From an uncultured Actinomycetes bacterium (GTDB lineage Bacteria; Actinomycetota; Thermoleophilia; Gaiellales; Gaiellaceae): a DNA stretch of 64,000 nucleotides. The stretch covers positions 171,756-235,755 of the forward strand of contig CAVPVN010000002.1 in assembly GCA_963709265.1 (NCBI GenBank), read 5' to 3'. The notes under the pieces are model-generated. The model was given only the letters and a program-made list of their open reading frames with translations, was not told the DNA's origin and did no database searches. The translations under genes and the position numbers were made by a program. Each line of letters starts with the position of its first letter. The first letter of the stretch is position 1. Below are positions 36,527 through 46,117 of this stretch, one piece after another.

Positions 36527-36555
36527 TTGACAACTACATAGTTGTAAAGTAGTTT
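36527..36555 (+). promoter_or_regulatory. sigma70-like promoter with embedded palindromic operator upstream of arsR-mmpL
   Basis: AT-rich island. TTGACA (36527..36532), 17-nt spacer, TAGTTT (36550..36555). Palindrome ACAACTA-ca-TAGTTGT at 36530..36545. Confidence 0.45.
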
Positions 36556-36596
36556 TTCGCGTGTCGGCGTTACTCATTCCCAGGAGTCCTCTTTCG

Positions 36597-36938
36597 ATGC
36601 CTCTGCCCCACCCACTTCCCGAGCCGATCGTCGAGCTGATCGCGCGGCGCTTTCGCGTGATCGGCGAGCCGATGCGGATCAAGATCCTCGACCGGCTGCG
36701 CGACGGCGAGGCCACGGTCGCCGAGCTGACCGAGAGTCTCGGCACGTCGCAGCAGAACGTCTCCAAGCACCTCGGCGTCCTCCACGGGGCCGGGATCCTC
36801 GGCCGCCGCAAGCAGGGGACGCACACGATCTATGCGATCGCGGACGAGAGCGTCCTCGGTCTCTGCGAGCAGGTCTGCGGTGGCCTGCAGCGCCAGTTCT
36901 CGGAGCTCGCGGAACTCGTCGGAGGGTCGCTGCGATGA
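36597..36938 (+). CDS. ArsR/SmtB family transcriptional regulator
   Basis: FRVIGEPMRIKILDRLRDGEATVAELTESLGTSQQNVSKHLGVLHGAGIL. No alpha3 CxC motif. C-terminal CEQVC. Confidence 0.85.
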   Translation: MPLPHPLPEPIVELIARRFRVIGEPMRIKILDRLRDGEATVAELTESLGTSQQNVSKHLGVLHGAGILGRRKQGTHTIYAIADESVLGLCEQVCGGLQRQFSELAELVGGSLR

Positions 36939-37038
36939 GCTGCTCGCGCCCCTCTCTCACACGCGTCCTTTTCGGGCTCGCCGGCACGTCGTCGATCGTC
37001 CTCGGCCGTACCCCGTGCTTCACGCGCGAGGTGACGCG

Positions 37039-39114
37039 ATGACCGCGGTCGGCCCGATCGGACGTCTCGGCCGCTGGACGGCCGGCCACGTCCGGCTCGT
37101 CGTGGTCGCCTGGGCGATCGTCGCCGTCGGCCTCGGCGCGCTCGCGCCGAAGGCCGAGCACGCGCTCTCGGGCGCCGGCTGGGAGGCGACGGGCTCGGAG
37201 TCCGTCGCTGCGCGCCACGCGATCGACGCCTCGTTCGCCGGCCAGGGCGGCTACGCCCTCATGGTCGCCGTGCACGGCTCCGGGAGCCTCGACCAGACCG
37301 TCGCCGAGGCGACCCGCATCCTCGAGTCCGACCCCCGCGTCTCGACGGTCGCGCCGCCCCAGGTCTCGACGGACGGCCACACCGTGCTGCTGAGCGGCGG
37401 CGCGGCAGCGAGCCCCACCGAGATGGTGCGCGCCGCGGACGATCTCAAGGGGAAGCTCGCCGACCTCTCGAGCGGCTCGACGACCGTCGGCCTCACCGGC
37501 GCACCGGGCATGTGGTCGGACTTCAACGAGGCGAACAAGAGCGCGATGATGAAGTCGGAGATCCTCTCCTGGCCCGTCACGCTCGCGATCCTGCTGCTCG
37601 CGTTCGGATCGCTCGTGGCGGCCGGACTGCCGCTCCTCCTCACGATCCTCGGGCTGATGGCGTCGGCCGGGAGCCTCTTCCTGATCACGCACCTGTTCGA
37701 TGTCTCGATCTGGTCGATGAACTTCGCGCTCATGTTCGCGCTCGCGCTCGGCATCGACTACGCGCTGTTCATCGTCGCCCGGTTCCGCGGTACTCACTTC
37801 GGCTCGCACGTCACGACGCGGGACGCGGTCGCGGCCACGATGGACACGGCCGGCAAGGCCGTGCTGTTCTCGGGCGCCACGGTGCTGATCTCGTTGTCGG
37901 CGGTGATGCTCGTCCCGAGCCCGGCATTCCGCTCGATGGCGCTCGGGATCATGCTGTCGGTCGCCTTCATCCTCCTCGCGACGCTGACGCTGCTGCCCGC
38001 GGTGCTCGCGTGGCTCGGCGACCGCGTCGACAGGCTGGCGCTGCCGTGGGTCCACGCAGGCGAGCACCGCTCGCCGCGCTTCGCGCGGTGGGGAGAGCGG
38101 CTCTGGCGCCGCCCCGCGCTCTACGGCATTCCGGCCCTGGCGATCCTCCTGCTCCTCGCGGCGCCCGTGCTGCGGCTCGACACCGGCATGCCGTCGATCA
38201 AGGTCGTTCCGAAGAGCGACGGCTCGCGCGTGGGCTACGGGCAGGTACAGGCAGCGTTCGGCCCCGGCGCGCCCGGGACGCTGCAGGTCGTCGCCCCCGC
38301 CGCCGAGGCGGCGGGTGTCGCGAACGTGCTCCAGGCGGATCCGGGCATCGTCGCCGTGACGCCGGCGCAGCGCTCGGGCGACCGGGCGCTCGTCCTCGCC
38401 GTGCCGGCCGACGATCCCTCCGACCCGGCGGTCGGTGACACGATCGATCGGCTCCGCGCCGCGCTGCCCCCGGGCGCCCTGCTCGGCGGCGCCGCGGCGG
38501 AGAACCACGACCTCGAGGCGGCGCTCGCGGCGAAGACGGTGCCGGTCTTTCTCGTCGTCCTCGGGCTCGGCTTCCTACTCCTCCTCGTCGCGCTGCAGGC
38601 GCCGCTGATCGCGCTCGCGGGCGTCGTCACGAACCTGCTCGCGACCGCCGCCGCGTTCGGCGTCGGCGTCCTGATCTTCCAGGACGGCAACCTGCAGGGG
38701 CTTCTCGGCTTCGAGTCCCAGGGCTTCCTGAACGCGTGGGGGCCGGTGTTCTTCTTCGCGATGATCTTCGCGATCTCGATGGACTACACCGTGTTCCTGC
38801 TCTCGTCGGCAAAGGAGCACTGGGACCGCTCGCACGACGCACGGGAGGCGATGGTCGGCGGCGTCGCGCACTCCGGGCGCACGATCTTCGCCGCCGCGGC
38901 GGTGATGGTCGCTGTCTTCCTGACGTTCGCGCTGTCGGGACCGATCCCGCCGAAGGAGATGGGCGTCATCCTCGGCGTCGCCGTCCTCCTGGACGCGATG
39001 CTGATCCGGCTCGTCCTGATGCCGGTGCTCTTGCGCGTGATGGGACGCCACGCGTGGGCGCTCCCGCGGTGGCTCGACCGGCTGCTCCCGGACGTCACGT
39101 TCGGGCATTCGTGA
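37039..39114 (+). CDS. MMPL family (RND superfamily) transporter
   Basis: About 690 aa with two 6-TM bundles and a soluble loop each. LALGIDYALFIVARFR and AISMDYTVFLLSSAKE motifs. Confidence 0.85.
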   Translation: MTAVGPIGRLGRWTAGHVRLVVVAWAIVAVGLGALAPKAEHALSGAGWEATGSESVAARHAIDASFAGQGGYALMVAVHGSGSLDQTVAEATRILESDPRVSTVAPPQVSTDGHTVLLSGGAAASPTEMVRAADDLKGKLADLSSGSTTVGLTGAPGMWSDFNEANKSAMMKSEILSWPVTLAILLLAFGSLVAAGLPLLLTILGLMASAGSLFLITHLFDVSIWSMNFALMFALALGIDYALFIVARFRGTHFGSHVTTRDAVAATMDTAGKAVLFSGATVLISLSAVMLVPSPAFRSMALGIMLSVAFILLATLTLLPAVLAWLGDRVDRLALPWVHAGEHRSPRFARWGERLWRRPALYGIPALAILLLLAAPVLRLDTGMPSIKVVPKSDGSRVGYGQVQAAFGPGAPGTLQVVAPAAEAAGVANVLQADPGIVAVTPAQRSGDRALVLAVPADDPSDPAVGDTIDRLRAALPPGALLGGAAAENHDLEAALAAKTVPVFLVVLGLGFLLLLVALQAPLIALAGVVTNLLATAAAFGVGVLIFQDGNLQGLLGFESQGFLNAWGPVFFFAMIFAISMDYTVFLLSSAKEHWDRSHDAREAMVGGVAHSGRTIFAAAAVMVAVFLTFALSGPIPPKEMGVILGVAVLLDAMLIRLVLMPVLLRVMGRHAWALPRWLDRLLPDVTFGHS

Positions 39115-39126
39115 GAAGCTCGGCGC

Positions 39127-40281
39127 GTGCCCGACGAGGAACGAGCTCGCGCAGCGATCAAGGGAGCCGAGCGCTTCCTCAACGCCTGGCACGGCGGTCC
39201 CGGGCCCCGGGACCGCCTGCTGGAGCTCGCCGAGGCCACGCGTGACGACGAGCGGTTCGACCGCTACGGGTCCGGAGAGCGAATCGAGCGCCTCGAGCGG
39301 CGCGTCGCCGAGCTGCTCGGCCAGGAGGCCGCCGTGTTCATGCCGAGCGGCACGATGGCGCAGCCGATCGCCCTGCGGATCTGGAGCGACCGCCGTGGCA
39401 TCAGGACGGTCGCCTTCCATCCGACGTGCCACCTCGAGCTCCACGAGGAAAAGGGGTACGAGCGGCTGCACGGGCTCCACGGGAAGCTCGTCGGCGACCC
39501 GAACCGCCTGATCACCGTCGACGATCTCGACGCGCTCCGAGAGCCGGTGGCGGCGCTCCTCCTCGAGCTGCCACAGCGCGAGATCGGCGGCCTGCTGCCG
39601 TCCTGGGACGACCTCGGCGCCCAGGTCGACTGGGCGCGCGAGCGGGAGATCGCGCTCCACATGGACGGGGCCCGGCTCTGGGAGGCGCAGCCCTTCTACG
39701 ACCGCCCGCATGCCGAGATAGCGGCGCTGTTCGACTCGGTCTACGTCTCCTTCTACAAGGGGCTCGGCGGGATGGCGGGCGCGGCCCTCGCCGGCGACGC
39801 CGCACTGATCGCCGAGGCGCGCGTCTGGCAGCGGCGGCACGGCGGGAACCTCGTCACGCTGCTCCCATTCGTCGTGGCGGCCGAGATCGCGCTCGACGAG
39901 CGGCTCGAGCGGATGCCCGTCCACGCCGCGCATGCCCGGGCGCTCGCGGCGGCGCTCGCGGAGGTCGACGGTCTCGAGATCGTCCCCGACCCGCCGCAGA
40001 CCCCGCTCTTCCACGTCCTGCTCCGGGGCGACCGCGAGCGGCTCGCGGACGCGGCGCTGCAGATCGCGGAGGAGCGCAAGGTGTTCCTGTTCGCCGATCC
40101 CGGCTCGACGACCTCGCCGAGCTGGCAGCGACACGAGGTGATGGTCGGCGAGGTCACCCTCGCGCTCGAGCCGGGGGAGATCGCGGAGCTCTACGCCGAG
40201 GTCCTGGCGCGGGCCTCGGCCGCGCCGGCGCCGCCGCGCAAGCGGCGTTCGAGAGCGGCCGCTCCGCGGCGCCGAACCTGA
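39127..40281 (+). CDS. threonine aldolase / beta-eliminating lyase family PLP enzyme
   Basis: FMPSGTMAQPIALR, LHMDGARLWEA, SFYKGLGGMAG (lysine). Basic C-terminal tail. Confidence 0.6.
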   Translation: MPDEERARAAIKGAERFLNAWHGGPGPRDRLLELAEATRDDERFDRYGSGERIERLERRVAELLGQEAAVFMPSGTMAQPIALRIWSDRRGIRTVAFHPTCHLELHEEKGYERLHGLHGKLVGDPNRLITVDDLDALREPVAALLLELPQREIGGLLPSWDDLGAQVDWAREREIALHMDGARLWEAQPFYDRPHAEIAALFDSVYVSFYKGLGGMAGAALAGDAALIAEARVWQRRHGGNLVTLLPFVVAAEIALDERLERMPVHAAHARALAAALAEVDGLEIVPDPPQTPLFHVLLRGDRERLADAALQIAEERKVFLFADPGSTTSPSWQRHEVMVGEVTLALEPGEIAELYAEVLARASAAPAPPRKRRSRAAAPRRRT

Positions 40282-40293
40282 GAGAATCGGCGC

Positions 40294-40674
40294 ATGCCGT
40301 ACACGGTCTTCCATGCCGGCGGGCTCGAGTGGCACCCGCGCCGCGAGGGCGACCCGCGACTCGTGTCCGAGCTCTCCGAGGCGATGACGCGGTCGCGGGC
40401 GAACCTCTACCGCTACCCGCCCGGCGCGACCGGCCGCCGCCACAGCGACCCCGTCCAGGAGGAGGTCTTCGTCGTCCTCGACGGGACGCTCACGATCCAC
40501 ATGGGCGAGGGCGACGAGCCCGAGCGCGACGAGCTCGAGCGCGGCAGCGTCCTGATCGTGCAGCCGGGCACCGTGCTCCAGCTCTCGAACCACCACGGCG
40601 ACGAGCTGCGCCTGTTCGTCTACGGCGCCCCGCCGGAGCGCGGCGAGGCGACGTTCTACCCGACGATCGAGTAG
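40294..40674 (+). CDS. cupin domain protein
   Basis: 126 aa. HSDPVQEEVFVVLDGTLTIHMG...GSVLIVQPGTVLQLSN. Confidence 0.65.
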   Translation: MPYTVFHAGGLEWHPRREGDPRLVSELSEAMTRSRANLYRYPPGATGRRHSDPVQEEVFVVLDGTLTIHMGEGDEPERDELERGSVLIVQPGTVLQLSNHHGDELRLFVYGAPPERGEATFYPTIE

Positions 40675-40678
40675 ACCG

Positions 40679-41551
40679 TTACGACGCCAGGAAGCGGACG
40701 ATCCGCTCGGCGATCTCCTCGCCCTTGTCCTCCTGGAGGAAGTGCCCGGCGTCCGCGACGATCTCGGCGGGTAGCGCGCCCGGGATGTGCGCAGCCATCA
40801 GCTCCGCGTGCGCCGGCGAGAAGACGCGGTCCGAGTCGGAGAACAGGACGAGCGCCGGCTTCTCGAAGCGCGACAGGGCGTCCCGCACATCGAGCATCGC
40901 AGCAGCGGACGGATGGTCGTGCTCCGTCGGGACGAGCTCGGGGAACGCGAGTGGACCGGCCTTCGCCTCGGCGACGGGGAACGGCGCGTCGTAGCCGCGG
41001 ACCGCGTCGTCGTCGAGCGCGGACACGCAGGCGACCTGGACGAGCCGGCTCGCCGTGAAGTCCGGCCCGACCGCGCGGACGAGCTCGCGGAAGCGGAGCC
41101 ACTGCTCGGACGGCGCGCCGACGCCGACGCCGGTGTTGAGGATCACGAGCCGCTCGACGCGGTCAGGGTGCGAGACAGCCAGCCGGAGCCCGGTCGGCCC
41201 GCCCCAGTCGTGCACGACGAGCGTGACCCGGGTGAGGTCGAGCTCGAGCGCGAGCCGCTCCACCGAGCGGTAGTGGCCGTCGTACGTGTAGTTCGCCTGG
41301 GCGAGCGGCTTGTCGGAGCGGCCGAAGCCGAACAGGTCCGGAGCGATCACCCGGCCCACCGCCGAGAGCGCCGGGATCATGCGCCGGTAGAGGAACCCCC
41401 ACGTCGGCTCGCCGTGCAGGAGCAGCACCGGGTCTCCCGACCCCTCCTCGACGTAGTGCATGCGCAGGCCGTCCTGCTCGAGGTACCTCGGCGCGTACGG
41501 CCAGCCGACAAGCTCCTCGAAGCGCTCGTCGGGCGTGCGATAGGCGTCCAC
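40679..41551 (-). CDS. haloalkane dehalogenase (HLD-I, DhmA-like)
   Basis: YRTPDERFEELVGWPYAPRYLE..GLRMHYVEEG, LLLHGEPTWGFLYRRMIP, the nucleophile motif VVHDWGG, and HFLQED near the C-terminus. GTG at 41551 chosen. Confidence 0.8.
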   Translation of the reverse strand: MDAYRTPDERFEELVGWPYAPRYLEQDGLRMHYVEEGSGDPVLLLHGEPTWGFLYRRMIPALSAVGRVIAPDLFGFGRSDKPLAQANYTYDGHYRSVERLALELDLTRVTLVVHDWGGPTGLRLAVSHPDRVERLVILNTGVGVGAPSEQWLRFRELVRAVGPDFTASRLVQVACVSALDDDAVRGYDAPFPVAEAKAGPLAFPELVPTEHDHPSAAAMLDVRDALSRFEKPALVLFSDSDRVFSPAHAELMAAHIPGALPAEIVADAGHFLQEDKGEEIAERIVRFLAS

Positions 41552-41592
41552 GACGGCGACTCTACGCGCGGGCCGGAACGTAGGCTCACGAG

Positions 41593-42951
41593 GTGAGCGA
41601 GGCCGCCGCCCCACAGGTGCCGTCGACCCGGCGGATCCTGAACGGCTACTACACGCTCGCCGGGCTGTACACGCTGTCGGCGGCGCTCATCTGGGGCGTG
41701 AACACGCTGTTCCTGCTCGGCGCCGGGCTCTCGTTCTTCGAGGTGTTCCTCGCCAACGCCGCGTTCTCGGCCGGGATGGTGCTGTTCGAGGTGCCGACGG
41801 GGGTCGTCGCCGACACGCTCGGCCGACGGGTGTCGTTCCTGCTGTCCGTCACCGTGCTCGCGATCACGACGCTGCTCTACGTCGCCCTTGCCGAGGTGGA
41901 CGCGGGCGTCGTCGCCTTCGCCGTCGTGTCCGTCCTGATGGGCCTCGGCTTCACGTTCTATTCCGGGGCGATGGAGGCGTGGCTCGTCGACGCCCTCTCA
42001 GTCGCCGGGCACTCGGGCGCGCTCGACGCCGTCTTCGCCCGCGGCCAGCAGATCACGGGCGCGGCGATGCTCGTGGGGACGGTCGGCGGCGGCCTCCTCG
42101 GCCAGATCGACCTCTCGCTTCCCTACCTCGTACGGTCCGGGCTGCTCGTCGCCGTGTTCGCGATCGCCTATGCCGTTATGCACGACATCGGCTTCACGCC
42201 ACGCCGCGTCACGGTCGCCGAGCTGCCCGCCGAGGTCGCCCGCAACGCCCGCGAGGGCGTCGCGTACGGCTGGGCCCAGCGCCCGCTCCGGCTGCTGATG
42301 CTCGCGTCGTTCTTCCAGCTCGGGTTCTTGATGTGGGCGTTCTACGCCTCGCAGCCGTACCTGCTCGACCTGCTCTCGAGCGACGCCGTGTGGATCGCCG
42401 GCCTCGTGACGGCCGGCATCGCGCTCTCGACGATCGCGGGGAACCAGCTCGTCGACGTGCTCTCCCGCCGTTGCGGCCGCCGCACGACGCTCCTGCTCGG
42501 CGCCGCTGCCGTCGAGACGTGCGCCGCGATCGTGCTCGGCCTCGTCTCCTCGTTCTGGGCGGCGCTCGCGGCGCTCCTCCTGATCACGGCGGCCACCGGC
42601 GTCACGAGCCCCGTGCGCCAGGCGTACCTGCACCAGGTGGTGCCGAGCGAGCAGCGGGCGACCGTCGTCTCGTTCGACTCGATGATCTCGAACACCGGCG
42701 GGATCGGCGGCCAGATCGGGCTCGGAGCCCTTGGCGAGAGCCGCTCGGTCGGCGCAGCGTTCGTCGTGGGAGGGATCGTCACCGGGTGCGCGCTGCCGCT
42801 GCTCGCGCGCGTCCGCGCGATCGGCGGGTCGCCGGACCGCATCGTCGGCGCCAGGGCGGGGGTCGAGAGCCCCTGCGCGGCGTCAGGGCTCCCCGACATC
42901 GCGGCCGTCGAGACCGAGCACTCGGTCGGCCTTCCGGCACGCGCCTCCTGA
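41593..42951 (+). CDS. MFS transporter
   Basis: 12-TM profile. FEVPTGVVADTLGRRVSF (MFS loop 2-3 motif). Confidence 0.8.
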   Translation: MSEAAAPQVPSTRRILNGYYTLAGLYTLSAALIWGVNTLFLLGAGLSFFEVFLANAAFSAGMVLFEVPTGVVADTLGRRVSFLLSVTVLAITTLLYVALAEVDAGVVAFAVVSVLMGLGFTFYSGAMEAWLVDALSVAGHSGALDAVFARGQQITGAAMLVGTVGGGLLGQIDLSLPYLVRSGLLVAVFAIAYAVMHDIGFTPRRVTVAELPAEVARNAREGVAYGWAQRPLRLLMLASFFQLGFLMWAFYASQPYLLDLLSSDAVWIAGLVTAGIALSTIAGNQLVDVLSRRCGRRTTLLLGAAAVETCAAIVLGLVSSFWAALAALLLITAATGVTSPVRQAYLHQVVPSEQRATVVSFDSMISNTGGIGGQIGLGALGESRSVGAAFVVGGIVTGCALPLLARVRAIGGSPDRIVGARAGVESPCAASGLPDIAAVETEHSVGLPARAS

Positions 42952-42996
42952 TCCACGAGGGGTTCTGCCGGAACGTCGCAGTTCGTGATGTGTTAC

Positions 42997-43014
42997 GATA
43001 TATCGCGATACATC
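42997..43014. promoter_or_regulatory. palindrome upstream of padR (candidate operator)
   Basis: GATaTATCGCGATAcATC, with the perfect core TATCGCGATA at 43001..43010. It sits in an AT-enriched patch just before AAAGGAG-ATG. Confidence 0.3.
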
Positions 43015-43030
43015 AACGAAAGGAGTGCCC

Positions 43031-43591
43031 ATGTCGGCATTCGCCATCGCACCGCACCGGTGCCACCGGGAGGATCGGATCCGGTTCATGACCGGGCGCC
43101 ACCGCCGTCGCCACCACCGCGGCTTCGGGCCGAGCTATGCCTTCGGCCGCCGCGCCGGCCGCGGCGACATCCGCGCCGCGGTCCTCGTCCTCCTCGCAGA
43201 GGAGCCGATGCACGGCTACCAGATCATCCAGGAGCTCGCCGAGCGGACGGGCGGCGTCTGGAGGCCGAGCCCCGGCTCGGTCTACCCCACGCTGCAGCAG
43301 CTCGAGGACGAGGAGCTCGTCCGCGAGACGGCCTCCGACTCCGGCAAACGCGTGTACGAGCTGACGGACGCGGGCCGCGAGCGGGCCGCCGCGACGGAGG
43401 CGCCCTGGAACGCGGTCGCCGACGAGAGCGAGGACGCGCTCGTCGCGCTCCGCGATCTCGGCTTCCAGGTGCTCGCCGCGACCCGCCAGGTCGCGCACGC
43501 GGGCACGACGGCGCAGATCGAGGCCGCGCAGTCCGTGCTCCGCGACGCGCGACGCGCGCTGTATCGCCTCCTCGCCGAGGAGGACGAGTGA
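43031..43591 (+). CDS. PadR family transcriptional regulator
   Basis: AAVLVLLAEEPMHGYQIIQELAERTGGVWRPSPGSVYPTLQQLEDEELV. SD AAAGGAG upstream of ATG 43031. Confidence 0.85.
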   Translation: MSAFAIAPHRCHREDRIRFMTGRHRRRHHRGFGPSYAFGRRAGRGDIRAAVLVLLAEEPMHGYQIIQELAERTGGVWRPSPGSVYPTLQQLEDEELVRETASDSGKRVYELTDAGRERAAATEAPWNAVADESEDALVALRDLGFQVLAATRQVAHAGTTAQIEAAQSVLRDARRALYRLLAEEDE

Positions 43592-43594
43592 CAG

Positions 43595-43616
43595 GTGGGG
43601 AGCCGCGGCTCCCCAC
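43595..43616. terminator. perfect 22-bp palindrome between convergent genes (bidirectional terminator-like hairpin)
   Basis: GTGGGGAGCCG/CGGCTCCCCAC, located between the padR stop (43591) and the FAD-oxidase stop (43632). Confidence 0.5.
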
Positions 43617-43631
43617 CCCACGAGGGTCTGG

Positions 43632-44996
43632 TCAGTCGATCGCGTGCTTCGCGCGGAACACGCCCTCGGGATCCATCTCCGCCCGGATGCGGGCGAGCCG
43701 CTCGTACACGCCCGCCGGGTAGAACGCGCTCGGGTGGACGTCCCGCTCGGCGAAGTTGAAGTAGGCGCTGCGCGAGAGCCACGGCGCCAGCGACGAGCGG
43801 ACGGCGTCGAGACGATCGTCGATCGCCGACACGGCCTCCGGGGCCGCCGCGACGCCGACCGCGTACATGACATACGCCGCCTCGAGATGCGACAGGGCGC
43901 CGCCGTTCGGGTGCGGCCGCCCGAGCGCGCCCTCGAGGTGGCGCACCTCGACCGAGAGAAGCGGCGAGGTGCCGTCCATGGCCGCGGCCGACACGAGCTC
44001 GCGGGCGGCGTCCGCGTCGAGCCCGTCGAGCATCCACCCCTCGCCGCGGCCGGGGACGGGGCCGGGCGGGTCGCGGTGGAGCTCGGTCAGGGCGCGTGCC
44101 GGCACCGTCGCGAAGGTGTCGATCTCGGGCCCGAGCGCCCTCAGCGGGGCGAGCAACTCGCGGCCGCGGCTCTCGTCGCCGAGGTACGCGGCCTCGACCA
44201 CGACCAGCTGGCGGCCGCGCAGCGGCTCGGGCATCTCCGGGATGGGCGGGATCTGCAGCAGGCGCCCGACCGAGGTGACCTCCTCGGGAGCGTCGCGCGT
44301 CCACTCGGCCCAGGCGCCGAGCACCTCCTCGGCACGCGCGGCCGGCCAGATGAGCCAGCCGGCGTAGAGCTCCGACACCGGGTAGAGGGCGATCTCGACC
44401 TCGGTGACGACGCCGAAGCTGCCTCCGCCGCCGCGCAGGGCCCAGAAGAGGTCGGCGTTCGTCTCGTGGTCGGCGCGGACGACGTCCCCGCCCGCGGTCA
44501 CGACCTCGGCGGAGAGCACGCTCGACGACGAAAGCCCGTACTTGCGACCGAGCCAGCCGACACCGCCGCCCAGCGAATAGCCGACGACACCGACGTCCGG
44601 CGCCGAGCCGTGGAGCGCGGTCAGGCCGTACTCGACGGCCGCGTCGACGACGTCCGCCCAGACCGTCCCGGCCGCGACACGGGCGACGCGCGCAACGGGG
44701 TCGATCTCGACGCCGGTCATCCGCGACGTGTTGACGAGCAGCGTGCCGTCTAGCCGCGCGCCCGCCCCGTGCCCGGTGCCCTGGACCGCGACCTTCAGGC
44801 CGACGAGCCGGGCGTGCTCGACGACGGCGACGACGTCGTCCACCGTCTCGGGCAAGGCGACGGCCGCGGGGCGCTGGTCGACGGCGAGGTTCCACGCCCG
44901 CCTGGCGTCGTCCCAACCCGCGTCTCCGGGGAAGAGGAGGATGTCCGGGGAGGATGCGGTGCGGGTCGGATTGCCGGTGTCGATGAGCTGCGCCAT
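43632..44996 (-). CDS. FAD-binding (PCMH-type, BBE-like) oxidoreductase
   Basis: VAVQGTGHGAG, GSAPDVGVVGYSLGGGVGWLGRKYG, FWALRGGGGSFGVVT. ATG at 44996 with AGGAGAA upstream. Confidence 0.85.
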   Translation of the reverse strand: MAQLIDTGNPTRTASSPDILLFPGDAGWDDARRAWNLAVDQRPAAVALPETVDDVVAVVEHARLVGLKVAVQGTGHGAGARLDGTLLVNTSRMTGVEIDPVARVARVAAGTVWADVVDAAVEYGLTALHGSAPDVGVVGYSLGGGVGWLGRKYGLSSSSVLSAEVVTAGGDVVRADHETNADLFWALRGGGGSFGVVTEVEIALYPVSELYAGWLIWPAARAEEVLGAWAEWTRDAPEEVTSVGRLLQIPPIPEMPEPLRGRQLVVVEAAYLGDESRGRELLAPLRALGPEIDTFATVPARALTELHRDPPGPVPGRGEGWMLDGLDADAARELVSAAAMDGTSPLLSVEVRHLEGALGRPHPNGGALSHLEAAYVMYAVGVAAAPEAVSAIDDRLDAVRSSLAPWLSRSAYFNFAERDVHPSAFYPAGVYERLARIRAEMDPEGVFRAKHAID

Positions 44997-45057
44997 GTGG
45001 GGTTCTCCTGTGGGTTCGCTGTCGTCCACGGAGACTCGCTGCGGCATGCGCGGCGAG

Positions 45058-45077
45058 CGGTGCGGTTGCCCGCACCG
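45058..45077 (-). terminator. GC-rich hairpin downstream of the glycerate kinase gene
   Basis: CGGTGCGG-ttgc-CCGCACCG, about 40 nt after the stop at 45116. No U-tract. Confidence 0.3.
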
Positions 45078-45115
45078 GGGGTTGGGAGCAGACCGGCGTC
45101 TTCGACCGGGCGGCG

Positions 45116-46117
45116 CTACAGCCGCGCCGCGAGCAATGCAGCGGCCGACGCGACGAGTGCGGCTGCGTCGCGTCGCGCCGCCTCGGGTGAGCCCGCGAGC
45201 TCGACGAGGGTCAGGCACGGCACGTCGTCGCCGAGCGTCCCGGAGTCCGCGTCGCCGGCGACGACCGCAGCCGCAGTCCCGACCGCCCGCGCCCCGTCGA
45301 GGACGTGCCCGACGACCTTCCCGGCGAGCGAGGTGGCGTCCAGGTGCCCCTCCCCCGTGAGCGCCAGGGACGACGAGTCGAGCGCCTCGCGGAGCCCGAC
45401 GGCATCGGCGACGAGGGCGGCGCCCGGGACGAGCCTCGCCCCGACGGCGGCCAGTCCCCCGGCGAGTCCGCCGGCCGAGCCGGAGCCGGGGATGGCACCG
45501 ACGTCGACACCGTGGGTGGCGCGATAGCGCTCGGCGAGGCGTTCCAGCCGCTGCTCGAGCTCACGGACGGTCGCGGCGTCCGCGCCCTTCTGCGGCCCGA
45601 AGACGCGGGCGGCGTCGACGAAGGTCGTCGACACGTCGCACGCGACGACGACCTCCGCGCCCCGGAGCTCGAAGCCGAGCGCTTCGAGCGCACCGAGACC
45701 TCCGTCGACGGTCGCGGAGCCGCCGACTGCGACGATCACGCGCCGGAGGCCCTCGTCGAGCGCCGCCGCGATCAACTCGCCGGTGCCGTGGGTCGTCGCC
45801 CGGAGCGGGTCGTTCGCTCCGTCTACGAGCGCGAGGCCGCTCGCACGCGCCATCTCGACCACCGCGGTGTCGCGGCGGACTCCCCACTCGGCGTCGACCG
45901 GGTCGCCGAGCGGCCCCGTGACCCGTGCCGTGCGGCGGCTCCGCCCGTCGGGGCAGAGGACGTCGAGCGTGCCTTCGCCGCCGTCCGCCAGGGGTAGGCG
46001 GTCGGCTCGGCGACCTGCCCGCTCGACTCCCGCCGCGAGCGCGCCGGCCGCCTCGCGGGCGGTCAGGGTGCCGCGGAACTTGTCGGGGCAACAGAGAACC
46101 GGGCGGTCGGCCGTCAC
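45116..46117 (-). CDS. glycerate kinase
   Basis: PDKFRGTLTAREAA..., ADGGEGT, IVAVGGSATVDGGLG, TGEGHLD. The GTG start overlaps the GMC stop (GTGA). Confidence 0.8.
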   Translation of the reverse strand: MTADRPVLCCPDKFRGTLTAREAAGALAAGVERAGRRADRLPLADGGEGTLDVLCPDGRSRRTARVTGPLGDPVDAEWGVRRDTAVVEMARASGLALVDGANDPLRATTHGTGELIAAALDEGLRRVIVAVGGSATVDGGLGALEALGFELRGAEVVVACDVSTTFVDAARVFGPQKGADAATVRELEQRLERLAERYRATHGVDVGAIPGSGSAGGLAGGLAAVGARLVPGAALVADAVGLREALDSSSLALTGEGHLDATSLAGKVVGHVLDGARAVGTAAAVVAGDADSGTLGDDVPCLTLVELAGSPEAARRDAAALVASAAALLAARL

